Positions 14,115 to 21,813 of a stretch of DNA of 64,000 nucleotides are shown here, piece by piece. Positions within the stretch are counted from its first letter, which is position 1; every line of letters starts with the position of its first letter. The position numbers and the translations under genes are program-made. The notes beneath the pieces are model-generated. The model searched no databases and was not told the origin of the DNA. It saw nothing but the letters and a program-made list of their open reading frames with translations. The stretch covers positions 715-64,714 of the forward strand of contig JAQUPS010000003.1 in NCBI GenBank assembly GCA_028716485.1, read 5' to 3'. This DNA comes from Patescibacteria group bacterium. Its GTDB lineage: Bacteria > Patescibacteriota > Patescibacteriia > Patescibacteriales > WJLG01.

Positions 14115-15155
14115 TTATTTTAACAATTTCTTTATATCCGCCAAGGTTTCAACTTTAACCAATTCTTTCCGCATTTCCGCCGCGTCAGGCATTCCCTTTA
14201 CATACCAGCACAAATGTTTGCGCATTTCAAGTATCCCCCGCTTGCCCTTCAATTTTTCCATCAATTTGGCGTGCTCGTAAGCAATTTTAAAAACAATCCC
14301 CTCCTCGGGAGGGGTGGCTCGCGCCGCGCGAGACGGGGAGGGTATATTATTAATTCCTTTTTTACTTGTCCTCCGAAGCTTTAGCGAAGGAGGATTTTTT
14401 ATTTCCTCAAAGATTTGCGGGTGCCCGCAAGACCCTTGCGCGATGCCGACGCCGTCCGCGTTGGTTTTTTTAAGCATGATTTCCGCGTCTTCCGGAGTAT
14501 TTATTCCGCCATTGGCAATAATAACTCCGGAAAAAATTTTCTTCAGCCGATTAATCGCTCCGTAATCAATCTCGCCGGCAAAGCCTTGCGCCAAAGTCCG
14601 ACCGTGAACCATAATCGCCGCGATATCCAGTCCTTTCATCTTTTCCACAAAGTCAAAAATACTAATTCCCCTCTTGGGAGGGGTGGATCCGCCCCTGGCG
14701 GAGACGGGGTGGGTCGATATGCGCGCTTTAACCGAGACCGGCAACTTGGTATTTTTTAAAACCGCTTCCAAAACCCGCCGCGATTGCTCCAAATCCTTGA
14801 ACAAAGCTGTGCCGGCGCCCGACTTTACTATTTTAGCCACCGGACAGCCGAAATTAATATCAATCCCGTCCGGCTTGATTTTCTGCTCGACTATCTTTAC
14901 GGCTTTGGCGAAATGTTCCGGATTATTACCGAAAAGCTGGACGACAAATTTCGCCCCGCCATTTTTTTTGTAAGAGTCCAAAAGTCCGCTAGTCCGCTCG
15001 CTGTCAAAAAACAAACCGGCGGCCGAAACCATCTCGCTGTAAACAACATCCGCGCCGAACTTGCCGCACAAATACCGAAAAGCCGCGTCGGTTATTCCCG
15101 CCATCGGCGCTAAACAAAAAATAGGCTTTTTCAATTTTTGCCAAAAATTACCCAT
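14115..15155 (-). CDS. dus: tRNA-dihydrouridine synthase (Dus family) carrying two repeat-derived insertions
   Basis: LAPMAGITDAAFR, INFGCP, HGRT and the GNGGI-like IANGGI blocks of the Dus TIM barrel. The patches STHPVSARGGSTPPKRG and PPSLKLRRTSKKGINNIPSPSRAARATPPEEG coincide with DNA repeats. Confidence 0.85.
   Translation of the reverse strand: MGNFWQKLKKPIFCLAPMAGITDAAFRYLCGKFGADVVYSEMVSAAGLFFDSERTSGLLDSYKKNGGAKFVVQLFGNNPEHFAKAVKIVEQKIKPDGIDINFGCPVAKIVKSGAGTALFKDLEQSRRVLEAVLKNTKLPVSVKARISTHPVSARGGSTPPKRGISIFDFVEKMKGLDIAAIMVHGRTLAQGFAGEIDYGAINRLKKIFSGVIIANGGINTPEDAEIMLKKTNADGVGIAQGSCGHPQIFEEIKNPPSLKLRRTSKKGINNIPSPSRAARATPPEEGIVFKIAYEHAKLMEKLKGKRGILEMRKHLCWYVKGMPDAAEMRKELVKVETLADIKKLLK
14297..14394. 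repeat. GC-rich hairpin repeats (family B module plus family A module) in-frame inside dus
   Basis: TCCCCTCCTCGGGAGGGGTGGCTCGCGCCGCGCGAGACGGGGAGGGT, then ACTTGTCCTCCGAAGCTTTAGCGAAGGAGGA. Both modules recur elsewhere in the window. Confidence 0.7.
14666..14717. repeat. GC-rich hairpin repeat (family B) in-frame inside dus
   Basis: TTCCCCTCTTGGGAGGGGTGGATCCGCCCCTGGCGGAGACGGGGTGGGTCGA, with hairpins CCCCTC-TTGG-GAGGGG and CCGCC-CCT-GGCGG. Near-identical modules occur at 33374..33462. Confidence 0.7.
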
Positions 15156-15161
15156 ACTTCA

Positions 15162-15312
15162 TTTGTCATCCCGAGCAGAGGCCGCCGCGGCCGCAGTCGA
15201 GGGATCCCTTTTATCTACGATAACGCCATTATGCAAAATAAAAGCGATTCCTCCCTGCCTACCGGCAGGCAGGCGCTTCGCGCGAGGCGCGCTTCGGTCG
15301 GAATGACAAGTT
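15162..15312. repeat. Variant MITE-like hairpin element E4
   Basis: The left end is TTTGTCATCCCGAGC...GTCGAGGGATC and the right end is ...GCTTCGGTCGGAATGACAAG. It begins 7 nt upstream of the dus start codon. Confidence 0.6.
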
Positions 15313-15451
15313 TGTGTGACAAGTTTGTGTTGACTTATATCATAGATAAATATAACATTATTGTAAATGATGGGGCGGCTGATCGAACCTTAACAAAAAA
15401 CCAACCAAACGCCGGCAGTGCGCCGGAATTCTTCAGTGCGAAGGAGAAAAT

Positions 15452-15874
15452 ATGGAAACGGAAACTGAAACAATCAGACGGATAAAAGCCTATTATCTGC
15501 ATGAGTTGCCTTATTTTACCAAAGTAAAATTGGGCACGAAAAGGATTGATAATGTAAAATTTGATGAATCCAAATTCGTTATCAGGTATGACCTGAATCA
15601 CCATCACCTTTCACACTCGAAATACCTTACATTAGGCGATATGTGCGGGTTTAACCAAAAATTCCGGCAGGAATTATATCATATCGGCAACCTCCCCGAT
15701 TTCTCTAACGATAAATTCGTAATAATCGCTTTTATCGAAATGAGCTGTCGAAACCATCAGGGAATTTTTTGCGCGATTGCCAGGGACGTCGATGCTCTCG
15801 GAACTTTTAATGATATTTCTTGCTCTGGCACGACTTTATGGCTTTATTGGCCGGAGGAATTGGAAAAAGTGTAA
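15452..15874 (+). CDS. Hypothetical protein
   Basis: 140-aa ORF with an ATG start and no recognisable motif. Confidence 0.45.
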   Translation: METETETIRRIKAYYLHELPYFTKVKLGTKRIDNVKFDESKFVIRYDLNHHHLSHSKYLTLGDMCGFNQKFRQELYHIGNLPDFSNDKFVIIAFIEMSCRNHQGIFCAIARDVDALGTFNDISCSGTTLWLYWPEELEKV

Positions 15875-15912
15875 AATAAAAAACAGCTGGCCGCCCCATC
15901 TGTTTTTTTATT

Positions 15913-15935
15913 TTTTGTCATCCTGGATGACAAAA
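15913..15935. repeat. Minimal palindrome made only of the element termini (TTTTGTCATCC-T-GGATGACAAAA); probable bidirectional terminator
   Basis: Perfect 11-bp arms with a 1-nt spacer, flanked by T-runs and A-runs, lying between convergent genes (15874 and 15939). Confidence 0.6.
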
Positions 15936-15938
15936 ATA

Positions 15939-16838
15939 TTAGACTTTTTTCTTATCCTTGGAAATTTCCATCGCGCTGGTGAGCTGCTGCATCAAGTCCG
16001 AAGTCTTGTTGACGTTTGTGTCGAGAAAGATGACTTTGCTATTATCAGCCGTGCCGATAGTTTTCAAAGTGTCCAGATATTGGGTTAAAGTTAACAAGGC
16101 TAAAATTTCCGAAGACGATTGGTTGGTCGAGCCGCGGACAATATCGATCGATTCTTTCAAGCCCTTGGCAATCGCCTCGCGTTCCATGGCAATGCCTTCA
16201 CCCTGCAAACGTTTGCGTTCTCTTTCTCCTTCCGCTTCCTTGACGGCCTGAATTTTTGTTGCCTCGCCTTTGTTCATGGCTGCTTTTTTCAGCTGCTCGC
16301 TCGCCACCACTTCGGACATCGCCTGCGTGATGGTCGCCGGAAAACTGACGCCGGTAATCTGAAAACTGTAAATAATCATCCCCCATTCGGAAAATTGCTT
16401 TTCCATATCGCCGCGGATATGCGCCGCCAATTCCTCTTTCTTTTCCAAAATCCCCTCATGCGTTTCTTTGGCGATATAAGTGCGCAAAGAATTCTCGACC
16501 ACCGCGCCGATCGATTGCGCGCGATTTGTCAAAGAATAAACGTATTTTTTCACGCCGTCCAAGGCGCTGTCCACGGAAAAAATCAAGTTAGTGGAAACAT
16601 CGATGATGACTTTATCATTGGACGGATAAAGCCCCTTGATGGCAAAATTCTGCTGTCTTAAAGAAACGTTTTCTGCTACGCGTTCCAATAACGGAATTTT
16701 ATAATTCAATCCCGCGACCATCGTCCGGCGGAATTTTCCCAAGAATTCGATCACCAAAACCGTATTCTGTCCGACGATCCTGATGCCGAAAAGAAAAATC
16801 AGCGCGATAAATCCCAAAATAATCCAAAAAATTTCCAT
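15939..16838 (-). CDS. SPFH/band-7 (stomatin/prohibitin-like) membrane protein
   Basis: N-terminal TM, then IVGQNTVLVIEFLGKFRRTMVAGLNYKIPLLERV, typical of the SPFH domain, with a coiled-coil tail. Confidence 0.85.
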   Translation of the reverse strand: MEIFWIILGFIALIFLFGIRIVGQNTVLVIEFLGKFRRTMVAGLNYKIPLLERVAENVSLRQQNFAIKGLYPSNDKVIIDVSTNLIFSVDSALDGVKKYVYSLTNRAQSIGAVVENSLRTYIAKETHEGILEKKEELAAHIRGDMEKQFSEWGMIIYSFQITGVSFPATITQAMSEVVASEQLKKAAMNKGEATKIQAVKEAEGERERKRLQGEGIAMEREAIAKGLKESIDIVRGSTNQSSSEILALLTLTQYLDTLKTIGTADNSKVIFLDTNVNKTSDLMQQLTSAMEISKDKKKV

Positions 16839-16952
16839 AAAATTATTGCTAAATTAATTAATTATGATTTGATATTAGCATAATTTCGGTAAAATTAAAA
16901 GAGCCGGCAATCTTGCCAACAAAAAATCTCCCACATTAGCGATTTATATATT

Positions 16953-17142
16953 CTTGTCATCCTGAGCCCCTGGCGAAGGATCTATTAGCTGAGAGATAAA
17001 TTTAAAATATTATAAAATATCAGAAAGATTGTTTGGTGAAAAAGCTATCAATAAAAAATTTGGTCACTTAAATCCCGATTTCCTGCAAAATAGATCCTTC
17101 GTCGTTCGCCGAGGCGGCTCGCTCCTCAGGATGACAAAAAAA
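16953..17142. repeat. MITE-like double-hairpin element E5
   Basis: The left end CTTGTCATCCTGAGCCCCTGGCGAAGGATCT equals the reverse complement of the right end of E3. The right end AGATCCTTCGTCGTTCGCCGAGGCGGCTCGCTCCTCAGGATGACAAAAA nearly equals the E2 hairpin. Confidence 0.75.
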
Positions 17143-17168
17143 GACGGCAATTCTTATATTTTCACTTC

Positions 17169-18581
17169 TTACTTCTTGCTTACTTTCATCCCCTCTTTCG
17201 TATCTTCGACAGAAAAACCTTTGGCTTCGATTTCGGCGCGCAAGCGGTCGGACTCGGGCCAATTTTTTTCCGCGCGGGCTTTTTTTCTTTGCTCAATCAA
17301 GGAAATAACTTCGACAGGGATTTCTTCTTTATTATTTAAAGTTCTTTCAAAATCCAAACCAAGCACTCGGTCAAAATCTAATAATGTTGCAAGTTTATCT
17401 TCCGACGATATATTTAATTTTATTACTTCCTGCAAAACCGATAAGGCACCGGGAGTATTAAAATCATCGTTGACGAATGTGGAAAATTTATCTTTATATT
17501 CGACGTTCACCGCGCCCTTTTTATCACCCAGCTCTTTTATCTTGTGATAGATACCGCTTAAACCGTTCTGCGCGGCTTGCAGGGCTTCCCAAGTGAAATT
17601 TTGCGGCGAACGGTAATTGGCCGACAGAAAATAATAGCGCAAAGCGAGCGGATTAAATTTTTTCTCTTTGAGTTCGGCCAATGTCAGGCTGGTGCCGGAA
17701 GACTTGGCCATTTTTTCTTCGTTAGCCAAAAGATGTTCGTTGTGCAGCCAATAATTCACATATTTCACACCGTTGGCCGCTTCCGATTGGGCAATCTCGT
17801 TGGTGTGATGAACCGGAATATGCTCGATACCACCCATGTGAACATCAAGAGTATTACCTAAATATTTTTTGCTCATCGCCGAACATTCGATATGCCAGCC
17901 GGGAAAACCTTCGCCTGATTTTACCAGCAAAGATTTAAATGGCGATTTCCAAAATTGTAAAGCATTAACATGAATGCCGGCGCGGAAAAACCAGAGCGCG
18001 AAATCGCGGGCATTTTTTTTGGCCGGGTCGCTGACATCGCCGCTCCCCTCCCCGATGATATTTTTTTCCAGATTCTGCCGGGAAAGTTCGGTGTAATTGG
18101 AAAATTTAGAAACGTCAAAATAAATCGCCAGCGGCGTAGCGTAGGCAAAACCTTTTTGCAAAAGCTTTTCTACCATTGTTTGCATTTCTTTGATATGCCG
18201 GGTGGCGCGCGGTTTTTTCCACGGCTCTTTGATGTTCAAATCGGCCGCGTCTTGCTCGTAAATATTGATATATTTTTGAGCGATTTCTTCCGGGGACAAG
18301 CCTTCGCGCTTAGCGCCTTTTTCCATCTTATCTTCGCCAGCGTCTTCATCGGAAGTCAAATGTCCGACATCGGTATAATTTTTTACATATTTGACTTTAT
18401 AGCCGTCATACTCGAAAACGCGGCGGATGATATCGCCCAGCACGGCCGCGCGCAGATTGCCCAGATGCTGAACCCAATAAACCGTCGGCCCGCATTGGTA
18501 AAAAGAAACAATGCCCTTCTTTAAAGGCTTAAATTCTTCTTTTTTTCGCGTCAGAGTATTGTATAAAAATATCTTGTTCAT
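17169..18581 (-). CDS. cysS: Cysteinyl-tRNA synthetase
   Basis: 470 aa with a class I fold. CGPTVYWVQHLGNLR (HIGH-region variant), KMAKSSG (KMSKS), WHIECSAM. Confidence 0.95.
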   Translation of the reverse strand: MNKIFLYNTLTRKKEEFKPLKKGIVSFYQCGPTVYWVQHLGNLRAAVLGDIIRRVFEYDGYKVKYVKNYTDVGHLTSDEDAGEDKMEKGAKREGLSPEEIAQKYINIYEQDAADLNIKEPWKKPRATRHIKEMQTMVEKLLQKGFAYATPLAIYFDVSKFSNYTELSRQNLEKNIIGEGSGDVSDPAKKNARDFALWFFRAGIHVNALQFWKSPFKSLLVKSGEGFPGWHIECSAMSKKYLGNTLDVHMGGIEHIPVHHTNEIAQSEAANGVKYVNYWLHNEHLLANEEKMAKSSGTSLTLAELKEKKFNPLALRYYFLSANYRSPQNFTWEALQAAQNGLSGIYHKIKELGDKKGAVNVEYKDKFSTFVNDDFNTPGALSVLQEVIKLNISSEDKLATLLDFDRVLGLDFERTLNNKEEIPVEVISLIEQRKKARAEKNWPESDRLRAEIEAKGFSVEDTKEGMKVSKK

Positions 18582-18621
18582 ATAAGCTTATTTTAAAGAA
18601 AATCCAAGGAAAAAGCAAATG

Positions 18622-18697
18622 ATTGCCGCATTGCTACATTGTTAAATTGTTAGACAATGATTTTAAAGATAGTTTAACAATGTAACAATTCGGCAAT
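18622..18697. repeat. Long AT-rich inverted repeat (25-nt arms) between 18772-ORF and cysS
   Basis: ATTGCCGCATTGCTACATTGTTAAA ... TTTAACAATGTAACAATTCGGCAAT (2 mismatches). On the minus strand it is followed by TTTGCTTTTT, so it looks like a terminator. Confidence 0.55.
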
Positions 18698-18771
18698 AAA
18701 AAACAGCCTCCTCGCGGGAAACTGCGCCGGAACCAAATTTTTTCCAAATCTCAAATCTCTAATTTCCAATC

Positions 18772-19353
18772 TCACCGTAATCCGTCAACGTCATCAATTC
18801 TGACTTTGTGCCGGCGGCCGGAATTGTCGCGGTAGCGGACGTAATATTCGATGGCATTGGGATTTTTCTTGATCTGCTCCAAGAATTTTTCGTTGAAGGC
18901 GACGAAATAATCCAAATCGATTTTTTCAAAGCCGCCGCCGGGGATGATCACGGTGCGCCGCGCCGCGCCGATGCGCTCGGAAGTCGGCCGCACTTCCAAT
19001 TCAAAATTGCTATGCTGGAATTTTATCAGCAGCTTGGGCTGATCAATTGCGCCCGAACCATAAGAGACATTGACGAAATCGGCGAACATTCTGAAAACAA
19101 AAGTTATTTCTTTGAGCGAGCCGTAAGGCCGGCGGATCAATTCTTTCAGCGCGGAAATTTTAAACCCATCGCGCTTGCCTTCGGCCGAGACGCGCAAATG
19201 GATTTTGGCGACGCGGATATCGGCAGTGACTTGCCGGCGCATAATCTTCACCGTCACAAAAGTCATATACGCGTAGATCGCGGTGATCACCACCAAAATC
19301 AAATTAGCGTATTGATTTAAAATTTCTAAAATTTCATTCATAACGATTAGCAT
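18772..19353 (-). CDS. Hypothetical membrane-anchored protein
   Basis: 193-aa ORF with one N-terminal TM (LILVVITAIYAYMTFVTV) and no recognisable motif. Confidence 0.45.
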   Translation of the reverse strand: MLIVMNEILEILNQYANLILVVITAIYAYMTFVTVKIMRRQVTADIRVAKIHLRVSAEGKRDGFKISALKELIRRPYGSLKEITFVFRMFADFVNVSYGSGAIDQPKLLIKFQHSNFELEVRPTSERIGAARRTVIIPGGGFEKIDLDYFVAFNEKFLEQIKKNPNAIEYYVRYRDNSGRRHKVRIDDVDGLR

Positions 19354-19439
19354 AAAATGACAATTATATTATACCACAAACCGACCAAGATGAATATCGT
19401 TACGTTTGCTTACAAGGACGGCTCGTCGCTTGAATTATA

Positions 19440-19471
19440 AAAAAACCGCTATTTGTATTAGCGGTTTTTGA
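19440..19471. terminator. Bidirectional terminator hairpin
   Basis: AAAAAACCGCT-ATTTGTATT-AGCGGTTTTT, just downstream of the stop at 19477 (minus strand). Confidence 0.6.
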
Positions 19472-19476
19472 AACAA

Positions 19477-19776
19477 TCAATCGATTGGCTCAATGTAGTC
19501 TTTGGTGACCCTTATTCTTTTATTGCCGTTATTTGCCAAAAAGGAAACTTTATAAGGCATGTCGATTTCCAAGCTTTTGGCTTTTTTTATTGCCTTGGAA
19601 AATGACCGGGATGAATCGTCGAAAGGATTGATGCAGATATCAACTTCTTCGCCGGAATCCTTTTTAATTCTTAACAATTTCCCCAGACTATCAGAGCTGA
19701 CGACAGTCCCTTTGAAATCGGGAAAATCCTTTGTGATTAAACCTATCCTTGGTTCTGTGTTTTTTTCAGAGACCAT
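19477..19776 (-). CDS. Hypothetical protein
   Basis: 99-aa ORF with no recognisable motif. Confidence 0.4.
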   Translation of the reverse strand: MVSEKNTEPRIGLITKDFPDFKGTVVSSDSLGKLLRIKKDSGEEVDICINPFDDSSRSFSKAIKKAKSLEIDMPYKVSFLANNGNKRIRVTKDYIEPID

Positions 19777-19835
19777 CGTTCACCTCCTTCTGGTAAAAAA
19801 AGTTCAAACAATATTTATAATTTTATTTTTATCTT

Positions 19836-21713
19836 TTATTTCCTGATTGTCAAGGGTTTTTTGATAATTTGCGGTGTGGTGGTCGCGGGCGCGGAATAAA
19901 TTTCCAATTTATATAAAGTAAAAACATCGTCAGTTTGTTTGATTTTTTTTAAAACCAGGCCGGCGTTTTTTAATTTGCCGGCGTTCAGATAATCAAAATC
20001 TTTCTCGGGAAAAGTAAAATTAAAATAATAAACCGGGATTAATTTGGCTAATTTTTGATAACGAATGTTCATTGAGTCGTCGATGAGCGTGTTGACGATA
20101 ACTTTCCGTTCCGGAAAAAAGATCTTGTCATGATAGCGGGTAATGATGACTGCCGACGGTTCGGTCAGCTTCAGCACCTGGTCATATTCCGATTTCAAAA
20201 CTTGATTGTTAGTTTCGGTGTAAATCAACCCTTCCTTTGAGCCGCCGAGTAAAAAATTGGCGGAAAAGAAAAAAATGATGATAATAATAATGGCTTGCGC
20301 CGCGCCGATGGAAAAATGCCGGGACGGCCAGCGGGGTATAAAAAAATTCCAAAATTTATTTTGCCCGACATTGACCATGACCTCGCTGCCTTCTTTCTCG
20401 CGGGCGAAAATCGCCCAGGATAAACGGGAGATGAAAAATGCGGCAAAGGGCATCGCGAAAAGATAAACCGGCAGCCAATAACGAGTGTAAGAATTGCCGA
20501 TGGTGATTTCGTTGATGTTCGGATTATCGTTAAAAACCCAGCTGCCGTAATATAAGATCAAGATCGCGCTGGCGGCAAAATAAGCAAAAACGTACGCCCA
20601 ATATTTTTTCTTCCATTTCCAAACACGGGAAACAAAAAGGATAAAACCGAGAAAGGCCGGCCAAAAAAGCAGCGGAAACATTTTCAGGAAATAACTCTTA
20701 AAATTTATTTCGGATTGATTATAATTCAAGCCGAAATAAAAAATAGTGTCTTTGATTTTATTGAGCGGTTCGGGGAGAAAAGAAAATTGCCGGCTGACGA
20801 CGGTTTTGGTCAAAGCAACGCTGGCGGTCGCGACGGTCGTGATCGATTTATTGATTTCCGTATAACCGCCGTTGAGATATCCGCCGTAAAGAACTTCGTT
20901 CCAGCTCATAATCGGCGCAAACGGCAGAGCAATGAAAAAAATAAAGATAATTAATTTTAAAAATCCGATTTTTTTCAAATTAAACAGCCAGAGGATGGTC
21001 AGCGCCGGTATCAGCCAAATGGCTTCGGAAGTGCGGGTGATCAACGCGCCGCCGATAAATAATCCGCCCATGGCTGCCAAAAATAAATTTAACCAATCCA
21101 TCTGCCAAAACCGCCAGGAAAAAAATTTATTCTTCTTGGACGCCCGGGATGCGGCTAAAATAATAAAATACATTCCGATAATTAAGAGTGAAACAAATAA
21201 TACGTTATGAAACATGCTGCGTACGGTATAAAAATACCAAACCGGAAAACTTAGCAGAAGAAAGGCGCTTAAAAAAGCGATTTTAGGAGTGAATATTTTC
21301 TTAATCAAGAGATAATAGAAAAAAATCGCCAGCGCCGCGAAAAATGGCGTCAGGAACGGTAAGACGCTCACTGAAGATATTTTGGCGATTGTACCATAAA
21401 TTAAAATAATACCTAAAAAACTGACTGGCTTAAGCGAGCCATTGTCGCTGCGGAAACTGCGCGGCTGCATAATCTCATCGACGAACGGATTATATTTTTC
21501 ATAAATTGTCAGCTGGCCGGTTTGGGCGTAAAGTTTGGCAAAAATATAATTGGCTGTTTCGTCCGGCGAACCCCATTTAATGAAATTATCCCGCTGGACA
21601 AAACCGACAAAACCGCAGCTGGCCGCGAAAAAACCGGCCGCCAATAAAGCAACGCAAATCTCACGCCAATAATTCTTTAAAAATGCCTTTATCCTATTCA
21701 TATCTTTGCCCAT
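19836..21713 (-). CDS. Polytopic membrane protein, GT-C-type glycosyltransferase-like (ArnT/PMT family-like)
   Basis: 625 aa with at least 10 predicted TMs by eye. An acidic DE motif in the first extracytoplasmic loop (WGSPDETANYIF) resembles GT-C enzymes. The C-terminal domain is soluble. Confidence 0.6.
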   Translation of the reverse strand: MGKDMNRIKAFLKNYWREICVALLAAGFFAASCGFVGFVQRDNFIKWGSPDETANYIFAKLYAQTGQLTIYEKYNPFVDEIMQPRSFRSDNGSLKPVSFLGIILIYGTIAKISSVSVLPFLTPFFAALAIFFYYLLIKKIFTPKIAFLSAFLLLSFPVWYFYTVRSMFHNVLFVSLLIIGMYFIILAASRASKKNKFFSWRFWQMDWLNLFLAAMGGLFIGGALITRTSEAIWLIPALTILWLFNLKKIGFLKLIIFIFFIALPFAPIMSWNEVLYGGYLNGGYTEINKSITTVATASVALTKTVVSRQFSFLPEPLNKIKDTIFYFGLNYNQSEINFKSYFLKMFPLLFWPAFLGFILFVSRVWKWKKKYWAYVFAYFAASAILILYYGSWVFNDNPNINEITIGNSYTRYWLPVYLFAMPFAAFFISRLSWAIFAREKEGSEVMVNVGQNKFWNFFIPRWPSRHFSIGAAQAIIIIIIFFFSANFLLGGSKEGLIYTETNNQVLKSEYDQVLKLTEPSAVIITRYHDKIFFPERKVIVNTLIDDSMNIRYQKLAKLIPVYYFNFTFPEKDFDYLNAGKLKNAGLVLKKIKQTDDVFTLYKLEIYSAPATTTPQIIKKPLTIRK

Positions 21714-21813
21714 AACTTAACAAAAAATGCGGATTTTAGCAAGAAAAGCCTACAATCTGAAAAAGACCGATCATCTCGCTTAATCAAATTTATTCTGCTA
21801 AAATGTAATTATT

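Noticed and set aside
18582-18771. A possible T-box or other leader upstream of cysS.
   Set aside because: The region is a simple 25-nt-arm AT-rich hairpin followed by a T-run, which looks like the terminator of the upstream gene. No specifier loop or T-box consensus is recognisable.
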